Shown here piece after piece: positions 7,164-14,509 of a DNA stretch of 36,056 nucleotides. Within the stretch, counting starts at the first letter, position 1. Every line of letters begins with the position of its first letter. The stretch lies in the NCBI GenBank assembly GCA_002423325.1, contig DIVQ01000208.1:1983-38038 (forward strand), read 5' to 3'. The notes under the pieces were generated by a model. The model was not told the DNA's origin. It searched no databases and worked only from the letters and a program-made list of their open reading frames with translations. The translations under genes and the position numbers were made by a program. Source of the stretch: Anaerolineales bacterium UBA6128 (lineage in GTDB: Bacteria > Chloroflexota > Anaerolineae > UBA1429).

Positions 7164-7671
7164 CCGTCGCGCTGGGTGAGGCGCTGGCTGTAGCCGTTGG
7201 GGTGAGCGTCGCGGTGCTGGTGTGTGTGGCGGTTGGCGTGCGCGTTGCGCTGGGCGTAGAGGTGTGGATCGGCACCTCTGGCGCTGGCGTGCCTGTCGGC
7301 GCGGCCAGCAGTGGGGCGCGCGTCTGGATGGTGCCCACCGGCGATCCGCTGACCGGCGTGGCTTCAATGACGGGCAGCAGCGGGGTATAGTAGCGCGTCT
7401 GCACGGCAATGATCGTGCCGGCCGGGCCCATCAGCATGGCCGGGGCTGGTGTAGACGAAGCTGTTGCCGTCGGCGTCCACGTGGGTAAGGGTGTGCGCGC
7501 CGTCGCCCACGGGGCCGTGGGCGATGGCGCAAGAGGAGTTGGCGTCGTCGCCAGGCGGGTGATCAGCCGGCATCCCTGCAGGACCAGCGCCGCCAGGCAC
7601 ACGGCGATCAACGCCCGGCGTGTGCGCGCCGCGCGGTAAGCGACCGGCGAGGCGCTTCTTCGCATCCGCAT
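7153..7671 (-). CDS. putative lipoprotein with a Thr/Pro-rich low-complexity region
   Basis: I chose ATG at 7671 (MRMRRSAS..), preceded by GAGAGGAA. It has a signal peptide with the lipobox 'LVLQGC', and the remainder is TPTAT-type low complexity. The 3' end overlaps the DUF368 3' end by 11 nt. A high-GC artefact cannot be excluded. Confidence 0.45.
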   Translation of the reverse strand: MRMRRSASPVAYRAARTRRALIAVCLAALVLQGCRLITRLATTPTPLAPSPTAPWATARTPLPTWTPTATASSTPAPAMLMGPAGTIIAVQTRYYTPLLPVIEATPVSGSPVGTIQTRAPLLAAPTGTPAPEVPIHTSTPSATRTPTATHTSTATLTPTATASASPSATATP

Positions 7672-7736
7672 TTGGCTGTTCCTCTCGTCCCGGATCGGAT
7701 CTCCTCGGATCCTGCGCCAAGCCATTCGCAGTGTGC

Positions 7737-8090
7737 CTAGGCCAGCACCCACACCTGGCCGTCCTGCAGCCGTGTGGGGTAGGTGGTCAGGTCGCGCGGC
7801 TTGGCCACGGCCAGAGCGGCCTGGCGCACGATGCCGGGCAGGCCCTCAACCCACGCCACACAGGCGCCGGTGGTGACATCGAACTGCGACCCATGCCCGG
7901 GACACGTGACCACCTGCCCGTTCAGTTTGCCGTTGGCCAAGTGCACGCGCAGGTGCGGGCAGTGCTCCTGGGTGGCATAGTAGACGCCTCTCACCTTACA
8001 CAGCAGGATGGCGGTGGCATCCAAGTCGATGCGCTGCATCGCGCCTTCTGACAGCATGTCCTCGGGTCCCAGCGCTTGCCATTGTGCCAT
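7737..8090 (-). CDS. Rieske (2Fe-2S) domain protein
   Basis: 'CPHLRVHL' and 'CPGHGSQF' form the Rieske C-x-H ... C-x-x-H ligand pairs. I prefer the start at 8090 because it is preceded by AAGGAGAG. The ORF-track start at 8114 has no SD. Confidence 0.8.
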   Translation of the reverse strand: MAQWQALGPEDMLSEGAMQRIDLDATAILLCKVRGVYYATQEHCPHLRVHLANGKLNGQVVTCPGHGSQFDVTTGACVAWVEGLPGIVRQAALAVAKPRDLTTYPTRLQDGQVWVLA

Positions 8091-8151
8091 AGCTCTCTCC
8101 TTGTCGATTGCCATTCAACGACGCGAGCGGCCCGCTACAGTCACCGCCGCG

Positions 8152-9249
8152 TCAGGCTGACCGGGTCCAGTCACTGGCGTGCGAGCCATCGGGCGGCTGG
8201 CTCCAGACGCGCAGCCCGAAGCGGCTCAGATAGGTTGGGATGCACTGGAAGAGCGGGTTGGTCTGCTCGATCTCGTGGATCATGGTGCGCTTGCGCGTCA
8301 TCTCGGGGCCGCTGAGCAAGGTCAGCGAGCCGCCCTCGCCGCCCGCGCCGTTGACCTTCCATCCCAGCGCCCCGTGGGCGCGCGCGATGCCGATGATCTG
8401 TTCCGCGTCCTTGCTGATCAGCGCGGGATGCAGGTTGCGCTGGGCCTCGGTATTGTCCTGCATGGCGTGGCCGAGCGCATCAAAGTCGCTGTCATACAGG
8501 GCGTCGCGCGACAGGGCGGCGGTGCGACGCAGGGCCTCGAGTTTGGGGTTCTCGGGCCCGGCATCCTCCAGGCCGCGGATCACCATCTCGTGCACCGAGG
8601 ACGAGCTGTGCGACTTGCCCAGAAAGATCAGCACCAGGCGCCGCTCAAGCTCCCACCAGGTTGCATTCGACACCAGGATGGGCGACACGGCCGCGTACGG
8701 GTAATCGAACATTTCGATATAGCTGATCCCGCCAAAGGCCGAGCACAACTGGTCCTGGATGCCGCTCTGCTGATTGAGCATTTCGGTCTCGATGCGGTGT
8801 GCGGTGTACGCGACCTCCAGCGGGGTGAGGTGTGTGGGCGTCAGTTGGTCCAGCGCGCCGATCAGCGCTACCGACACTGCCGCAGAGGTTCCCGTGGAGC
8901 AGCCCGCGGGCGCCTCGGAAAAGATAGAAATATGCACGGCCAACTCGGCGGGCACCCCCATATAGTCGATGGCGGCCTCGAGCAGCGGGTGGTGGATCCA
9001 CTCGTGGCGCTCCTGCCGTGGAAAGACGGCGTAACGGTCGCCAAAGTTCTCGGCGTGCAGGATGACGCGATTCTCTTGCTCTTGCCGTGGGTAGACCCTG
9101 ATCTGCACCTCCACGTACGGATAGACGCCGATGTTAAAGATGCGGCCATGTTTGGCGAACCAGGTGTCGGTCCAGCCCCCATTGTCGCAGACGCGAATCG
9201 GAGCCACGCTGTTGATAATGCGCACGGGCAGCGGCTTGTCGGCAGACAT
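8152..9249 (-). CDS. GHMP-family sugar kinase
   Basis: I chose ATG at 9249, preceded by GGAGGTGAAC. 'SEAPAGCSTGTSAAVSVALIGAL' is the GHMP motif II (P-x-G-S/G-G-L-G/S-S-S-A-like), and 'KVNGAGGEGGSL' is motif III. Confidence 0.8.
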   Translation of the reverse strand: MSADKPLPVRIINSVAPIRVCDNGGWTDTWFAKHGRIFNIGVYPYVEVQIRVYPRQEQENRVILHAENFGDRYAVFPRQERHEWIHHPLLEAAIDYMGVPAELAVHISIFSEAPAGCSTGTSAAVSVALIGALDQLTPTHLTPLEVAYTAHRIETEMLNQQSGIQDQLCSAFGGISYIEMFDYPYAAVSPILVSNATWWELERRLVLIFLGKSHSSSSVHEMVIRGLEDAGPENPKLEALRRTAALSRDALYDSDFDALGHAMQDNTEAQRNLHPALISKDAEQIIGIARAHGALGWKVNGAGGEGGSLTLLSGPEMTRKRTMIHEIEQTNPLFQCIPTYLSRFGLRVWSQPPDGSHASDWTRSA

Positions 9250-9281
9250 GTTCACCTCCGGAGGGCGAGTTGCCTGAAGGC

Positions 9282-9310
9282 ATTGTATCGCATGGCGCCA
9301 GAGATGTCCA
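9282..9310 (-). promoter_or_regulatory. promoter of the GHMP kinase gene
   Basis: Minus strand reads TGGACA - 17 nt - TACAAT. Confidence 0.45.
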
Positions 9311-9333
9311 CAACAAGAGCGTGGCGGGAACGC

Positions 9334-9361
9334 TTGCCAAGTGGGGGCTACAGAGTACAAT
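9334..9361 (+). promoter_or_regulatory. promoter of the GH38 mannosidase gene
   Basis: TTGCCA - 16 nt - TACAAT. It is divergent from the kinase promoter. Confidence 0.45.
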
Positions 9362-9411
9362 GCGCTGCGTGTGCCCGCGACGGGTCAGCTCAGTCGCCAG
9401 AGGAGGCAGAG

Positions 9412-12400
9412 ATGGATTCGCGCATCATCAGGAGCAAACTGGATGCCATTCGCACCAGCATTTTGACGCAGCGCTGGCCGATCGGCGGCTGGGAAGCGCG
9501 TACGGCGACCTTCCGTGCCGTGGGCGACTATAAGTACGATGGCGACTGGCACGCGGTGGATGCGGATTCGGTGTGGCCGGCGGGGCGCACGCTGTTTCTG
9601 CGAACGCAGGCCCCTACGCCAGAGGGCGCTTCTGCGAGCAACCTCTGCATCGAGTTCAGCATCGAGCAACTGGAGGGCTTGCTGAGCGTCAACGGCCGCC
9701 CGTATGCCGGCATCGACGGGCCGCATCCGCGCGTGCAGGTTCCGGACACGGGTATGCTGCGCCTCGAGGCCGAGTTCAACTGCGTGCCTGCGGCCAGCTG
9801 GGAGCCCGGGATGCGCAACGAACGAGCACGTCTGCGGGGCGTCGATTTCGTGCGCGTGGATCCCGAGGCACAGGCAGCCTACTATGATCTCTGGTTCGCG
9901 TGGGAAGTCAGCCGCTTCGCCAAGGATGAGCGCCGCCGCACGCTGCTGCACGCCGCACTTGAAGAGGCGCTGCTGGCGGTGGATCTGCAGGGCAGTCGCG
10001 CGGAGTTGGCGCAGGACCTGACGCGCGCCCGGGCCGTGCTGGCCCAGCGTGTGGGTGCCCTTGCGCCCGACCCAGAGGCGGGCAGCGTGTTCCTCACCGG
10101 GCACTCGCACATCGACGTCGCCTGGCTCTGGCCGCTGCGCGAGAAGGTGCGCAAGTGCGGCCGGACCTTTTCCACCGCCTGCCGCCTGCTGGAGCGTCAC
10201 CCCGACTATTACTTTTCGTGCAGTCAGCCGCAACTGTATGCCTATACCAAGGCGCATTACCCGGCGCTGTATGACGAGATCAAAAAGTGGGTACGCACGG
10301 GACGCTGGGCCTGTTCCGGCGGCATGTGGGTCGAGTCGGACTGCAACGTGCCCTCGGGCGAGTCGCTCGTGCGCCAAGTCCTGCATGGCGTCGGCTTTTT
10401 CGAGCGCGAGTTCGGCGTGCGCCCGCGCAGCCTCTGGCTGCCTGATGTGTTTGGCTATCCCGGGTCGTTGCCCGGTATCCTGGTGGGTTGTGGTCTGACC
10501 AACTTTTTCACCTGCAAGCTGCACTGGCAGGCGCGCAACGAATTCCCGGTCAACCTCTTTTGGTGGGAGGGCGTGGACGGGTCGCGACTGGTGGCGCACA
10601 TCCCGCGCCTGCGCGACATGTATAACGGCACGCCGAATCCGGAGCAGTTGCACATCGCCTGGGACAACTATCACCAGAAGGACGTCTATCCCGAGGTGCT
10701 GATGCCCTTTGGCTACGGTGACGGCGGTGGGGGCCCCACCGATGACATGCTCGAGTTCGCCGCGCGCGCCAAGCGCTATCCCGGCGTGCCCGACACGCGA
10801 CAGGGGCCTGAGGAGCGCTACTTTGACGGCGCGCGCAAGGTTGGCGCGGACCTGCCCAGTTGGGTGGGCGAGTTGTACCTGGAGACGCACCGCGGCACCT
10901 ACACCACCCACGCCGAGATCAAGCGCGCCAACCGCAAGAACGAGCTGGCCTTGCGCGATGCGGAACTGCTCGGCGCGCTGGCAAACGCACAGGGCGCGCA
11001 GGTCGACATGACGTCCCTGCAGGAGGCCTGGTCGAATCTGTTGCTGCTGCAGTTCCACGACATCCTCCCGGGCAGCTCGATTGGCCAAGTTTACCGCGAG
11101 GCGGCCGCCGATCACGCGCGCATCCATGCGACGGCGTTGGCGGTGCGCGATCGCGCCCTCGGAGCGCTTGCCGCACGGGTCAACACGTCGGCTCAGATGC
11201 TGCTGGTCAACAGCCTTTCGTGGGGCCGCCGGGACGTGGCGCACGTCCACGTGCCGTCTCTGGGGCTGGACTGGCGCGCGCCAATTGAGGTGCTGCACGA
11301 CACCGGCCAGGCCGTGCCTGCGCAGGTGGTGAGCGGGGGCGAGACGGGCGTGGAGGTCGTGTTTGCGCCCGGTGAGGTGCCGTCGCTCGGCTACCGCAGC
11401 ATCTCTGTGCAGCAGGCCCAGGAGGAGCCGCAGACGTCTCTGCAGGCCGACGGGCTGCGGCTCGAGAGCCGCTACTATGTTCTGCAGTTGGCGGAGGATG
11501 GCTCGATCGCCCAGCTGTTCGACAAGCGCGCGGCCCGAGAGGTGCTGCCCGAGGGCCAGGCTGCCAACCTGCTGCAGCTCTTCCAGGATGGGCCCGAGCG
11601 TGAGGCGGCTTGGAACGTGCACGCCACGCTGGACAAGCGCCAATACGCCTGGGACCCCGGTACGAGTGTTCGGGTGCTGGAGACCGGCCCCGTGCGTCTG
11701 GTGGTGCGCATCGCGCGACACTATCGGGGCAGCACGTTGGTGCAGGACCTGGTGCTGTACGATCAATCGCCGCGCATCGATTTCGTCACGCAGGCGAACT
11801 GGCAGGCGCGGCAGGTGCTGCTCAAGGTGGCCTTCCCCGTGGAGGTGCGCGCCACTGAGGCGACCTACGAGATCCAGTTCGGCGCAATCACACGGCCGAC
11901 GCATCGTAATACTTCCTGGGAGCAGGAAAAGTTCGAGGTCTGCGGCCATCGCTGGGTGGACTTGTCGGAGGCGGGCTATGGCGTGAGCCTGCTGAACGAC
12001 TGCAAGTACGGGCACGACGTCAGCGGCAATGTGCTGCGTCTGACGTTGTTGCGCGGCACTGAACGTCCCGATCCCGACGCCGATCGCGGCGAGCATCGTT
12101 TCACCTACGCGCTGCTGCCTCATGAGGGCGACTGGCGCTATGCTGAGACGGTGCGGCGCGCCGCCGAGCTGAACGTGCCATTGCTGTGCGTGCCGGCGTC
12201 CGGCTGCGCGGGCGACCTGCCCGCGGCGCATTCCTTCCTGAGCGTGGAGGGACCGGCCATCCTGGAGACGGTCAAGCCGGCAGAGGACGGGGACGGTCTG
12301 ATCCTGCGGCTGTATGAGCCCAACGGGGGACGCGGTCGCGTGCGGGTGCGCACCAGGGCGCGTCTGGGCGCTGTGACGGAGTGTAGCCATCTGGAGGAGG

Positions 12401-12489
12401 CGCGGTCTGAGGTCGTGGCCGAGGCTTCCTCGTTCGGTTTCCACATCAAGCCGTTCCAGGCGCGCACGTTCCGCGTGCGTTTGCGCTAG
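9412..12489 (+). CDS. glycoside hydrolase family 38 alpha-mannosidase
   Basis: I chose ATG at 9412, preceded by AGGAGGCAGAG. The upstream part of the 8179 ORF is antisense to the kinase. 'GHSHIDVAWLWP', 'FSCSQPQLY' and 'WLPDVFGY' are GH38 hallmarks. Length is 1025 aa. Confidence 0.9.
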   Translation: MDSRIIRSKLDAIRTSILTQRWPIGGWEARTATFRAVGDYKYDGDWHAVDADSVWPAGRTLFLRTQAPTPEGASASNLCIEFSIEQLEGLLSVNGRPYAGIDGPHPRVQVPDTGMLRLEAEFNCVPAASWEPGMRNERARLRGVDFVRVDPEAQAAYYDLWFAWEVSRFAKDERRRTLLHAALEEALLAVDLQGSRAELAQDLTRARAVLAQRVGALAPDPEAGSVFLTGHSHIDVAWLWPLREKVRKCGRTFSTACRLLERHPDYYFSCSQPQLYAYTKAHYPALYDEIKKWVRTGRWACSGGMWVESDCNVPSGESLVRQVLHGVGFFEREFGVRPRSLWLPDVFGYPGSLPGILVGCGLTNFFTCKLHWQARNEFPVNLFWWEGVDGSRLVAHIPRLRDMYNGTPNPEQLHIAWDNYHQKDVYPEVLMPFGYGDGGGGPTDDMLEFAARAKRYPGVPDTRQGPEERYFDGARKVGADLPSWVGELYLETHRGTYTTHAEIKRANRKNELALRDAELLGALANAQGAQVDMTSLQEAWSNLLLLQFHDILPGSSIGQVYREAAADHARIHATALAVRDRALGALAARVNTSAQMLLVNSLSWGRRDVAHVHVPSLGLDWRAPIEVLHDTGQAVPAQVVSGGETGVEVVFAPGEVPSLGYRSISVQQAQEEPQTSLQADGLRLESRYYVLQLAEDGSIAQLFDKRAAREVLPEGQAANLLQLFQDGPEREAAWNVHATLDKRQYAWDPGTSVRVLETGPVRLVVRIARHYRGSTLVQDLVLYDQSPRIDFVTQANWQARQVLLKVAFPVEVRATEATYEIQFGAITRPTHRNTSWEQEKFEVCGHRWVDLSEAGYGVSLLNDCKYGHDVSGNVLRLTLLRGTERPDPDADRGEHRFTYALLPHEGDWRYAETVRRAAELNVPLLCVPASGCAGDLPAAHSFLSVEGPAILETVKPAEDGDGLILRLYEPNGGRGRVRVRTRARLGAVTECSHLEEARSEVVAEASSFGFHIKPFQARTFRVRLR

Positions 12490-12551
12490 AGCGCGACCCG
12501 CTTGAGGCTGAGTTTGGCAGCGTTGCCGACTACGTTCAGAGGAGAGGATCG

Positions 12552-13733
12552 ATGACCGCAAATGTGCGGGTAGGGTTGATTGGATCCGGCTTCGCCGCGG
12601 CGTTTCACGCGCGGGCCTACCGGCTGATCAGGGACATTGACGTAGAGATCGTGGGCGTGGCCGCTTCGGCACTGGGCAGCGCGCAGCGCTTTGCCGCCGA
12701 GCACGGCATCGCGGACGCGTATGGCGAAGCCCAGGCGCTGATCGCGCGGGCCGATGTGAACGTCGTCGATCTGTGCGTGCCGAATCGGCTGCACGAGCCG
12801 CTGGCCCTGGCCGCGATGGCCGCGGGCAAGCACGTGATCTGCGAAAAGCCGCTGACGGGCTATTTCGGCGGCGCGCAGGCGGCCGATCCGGTCGGCAAGA
12901 CGGCGCGGGCTACGATGTATGCGGAGGCTGTGGCCAGCGCGCAGCGCATGCTGGCGGCCGAACGCGCGTATGGCGTGCGCCTGATGTACGCAGAGAACTG
13001 GTTGCACAGCCCGGCGGTCGTCAAGGCCGATCGGCTGGCGGCCGCCAGCGGCGGCACGATCCTGGAGATCCGCGGCCAGGAGTGCCACAGCGGGTCACAC
13101 GCCGAGTATGCGCGCGAGTGGGCTCAGGCGGGCGGCGGTTCGCTGTTGCGGCTGGGAAGCCATCCCCTGTGCGCCGCGCTGTGGCTGAAGCGGGAGGAAG
13201 GCCTGCGGCGCGACGGGCGGCCCATCGGTGTGCGGTCAGTGATGGCCGAGTGCACGGACCTGAGCCGCGTGCCCTCGTTCAGAGCCGAGTCGCCGCACTA
13301 TCTCGTCGACGCCTGGCACGATGTCGAGAACTGGAGCAGCGTTCTGCTGACGTTTGAGGATGACACTCGCGCCATCATCGAGGCCTCGGACATTGTGCTG
13401 GGCGGGATGGATGATTCGCTGACGCTGATGCTCTCGAACGCGCGGGTGGACTGCAAGTTGAGTCTCAATAACGCGCTCACGGCCTTTGCGCCCACCCACG
13501 AGACCTTTGGCGACGAGTACCTGTTGGAAAAGTCGAGCACCAAGGCGGGTTGGAGCCACGTCAGCGTCGACGAAGAGTTCCTGCTGGGTTACCCGCAAGA
13601 GATCCGCGACTGTGTGGAGAGCGTGGCCCACGACCGTCCGGCGCGCGGCACATCCCAACTGGGGTTGGATGTGGTGCGCGTGATCTATGCCGCCTACCGC
13701 TCGGCCGAAGAGGGGCGCCGCATCGCGCTCTAG
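12552..13733 (+). CDS. Gfo/Idh/MocA family oxidoreductase
   Basis: ATG is preceded by GAGGAGAGG. Contains the Rossmann motif 'VRVGLIGSGFAAAFHARAY' and the 'ICEKPL' motif. Confidence 0.85.
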   Translation: MTANVRVGLIGSGFAAAFHARAYRLIRDIDVEIVGVAASALGSAQRFAAEHGIADAYGEAQALIARADVNVVDLCVPNRLHEPLALAAMAAGKHVICEKPLTGYFGGAQAADPVGKTARATMYAEAVASAQRMLAAERAYGVRLMYAENWLHSPAVVKADRLAAASGGTILEIRGQECHSGSHAEYAREWAQAGGGSLLRLGSHPLCAALWLKREEGLRRDGRPIGVRSVMAECTDLSRVPSFRAESPHYLVDAWHDVENWSSVLLTFEDDTRAIIEASDIVLGGMDDSLTLMLSNARVDCKLSLNNALTAFAPTHETFGDEYLLEKSSTKAGWSHVSVDEEFLLGYPQEIRDCVESVAHDRPARGTSQLGLDVVRVIYAAYRSAEEGRRIAL

Positions 13734-14324
13734 TCAGACGCGCGGGCTGTTGCGCGCCTCGATCGTCTCGGCCAGCCAGCGTCCGATCGCCGGCAGTACC
13801 TCCAACTTGCTGGGCAGGTTCTGTATGCGCACCGGGATCATGTCCAGGATCTCAAAGCCGGTGGTCAGCAGGGCGCGCTCGAGGCTGACGGCCGCCGTCA
13901 CCGAACCGCCGCCGCTGCCCCCTGCCACGGTAATCCCCACCACTGGCTTGCCCTTGAGGCCAAGGTGGTCGGGGGCGTGGTTGGCCACGCGGCGCAAGCG
14001 ATCGAGCAGCGCCCGCATGCTCTCTGACAGGTCGCCATAGTAGACCGGTGTGCAAAAGACGGCCAGGTCGGCGGCACCCAGTTGCGCGCTCAGCCTGGGC
14101 AGATCATCCTCGATCACACAACGCCCCTCTGAGCGACAGCGTCCCCAACCGTCAGCCTCGCACTGTCGGCAACGCTCGATGCTCAACTCAGGCAGAAAGC
14201 AGCGTTCGGCTGCGCCTCCGGCCGCCACGATGCCCTGCAACACCGCCTCGGCCACGCTCTGGGTCTTGCCAAGCGCGTCGCGATCAACTGCGCGCCGGCT
14301 GCCGGAAATCATGATTGCTCGCAT
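13734..14324 (-). CDS. flavodoxin-fold NAD(P)H-dependent FMN reductase / iron-sulfur flavoprotein-like
   Basis: ATG is preceded by AAGGAGGAG. 'MISGSRR..' and 'FCTPVYYGDLSE' are typical of the FMN reductase fold. The compact Cys cluster C-x2-C-x7-C-x5-C (ERCRQCEADGWGRCRSEGRC) is as in Isf-type proteins. Confidence 0.7.
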   Translation of the reverse strand: MRAIMISGSRRAVDRDALGKTQSVAEAVLQGIVAAGGAAERCFLPELSIERCRQCEADGWGRCRSEGRCVIEDDLPRLSAQLGAADLAVFCTPVYYGDLSESMRALLDRLRRVANHAPDHLGLKGKPVVGITVAGGSGGGSVTAAVSLERALLTTGFEILDMIPVRIQNLPSKLEVLPAIGRWLAETIEARNSPRV

Positions 14325-14439
14325 GCGCTCCTCCTTGCCTCAAGCCTGTGCCACGTGTTCAGTGAGCAGTATAGGTGGTGTGCGCGTGTGCGTCGAGCGC
14401 GGTTTTGGGGGGCAAGCATAACAGGCCAGTCCGCTCTAG

Positions 14440-14468
14440 TAGACGGAGCATGGCGATTGGAGTATAAT
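14440..14468 (+). promoter_or_regulatory. promoter of the SNF2-SWIM pair
   Basis: TAGACG - 17 nt - TATAAT. It lies about 40 nt upstream of the TTG start. Confidence 0.45.
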
Positions 14469-14509
14469 ACCCGTTCACTTTTTTTGGCGTGTGACTTGAT
14501 TGGAGCGAC

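Noticed and set aside
7153-7330. Repetitive TPTAT-encoding DNA that superficially looks like a short tandem repeat or CRISPR-like periodicity.
   Set aside because: The repeats are imperfect and there are no spacer-repeat units of fixed length. The pattern is explained by low-complexity Thr/Pro coding. No CRISPR array exists anywhere in the window.
8179-9411. N-terminal 411 codons of the 1436-aa ORF that contains the GH38 mannosidase.
   Set aside because: This part is antisense to the GHMP kinase and has junk-like composition. A strong AGGAGG SD precedes the internal ATG at 9412, where the GH38 similarity begins. Similar upstream extensions were trimmed for the ORFs at 8152-9360, 18632-20887, 20928-23504, 25131-25661, 33494-35158 and 3044-3712.
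9385-12561. A 1058-aa minus-strand ORF, and similar long ORFs at 161-1351(-), 6213-7409(-), 14879-16357(-), 18959-20623(+), 23297-25063(+), 27748-29100(-), 30190-31623(-), 33554-34765(+) and 35066-36049(+).
   Set aside because: All lie antisense to genes with clear family motifs. Their products are Arg/Ala/Gly/Pro/His-rich with no recognisable motifs. This is the usual stop-codon-poor antisense frame of high-GC DNA.
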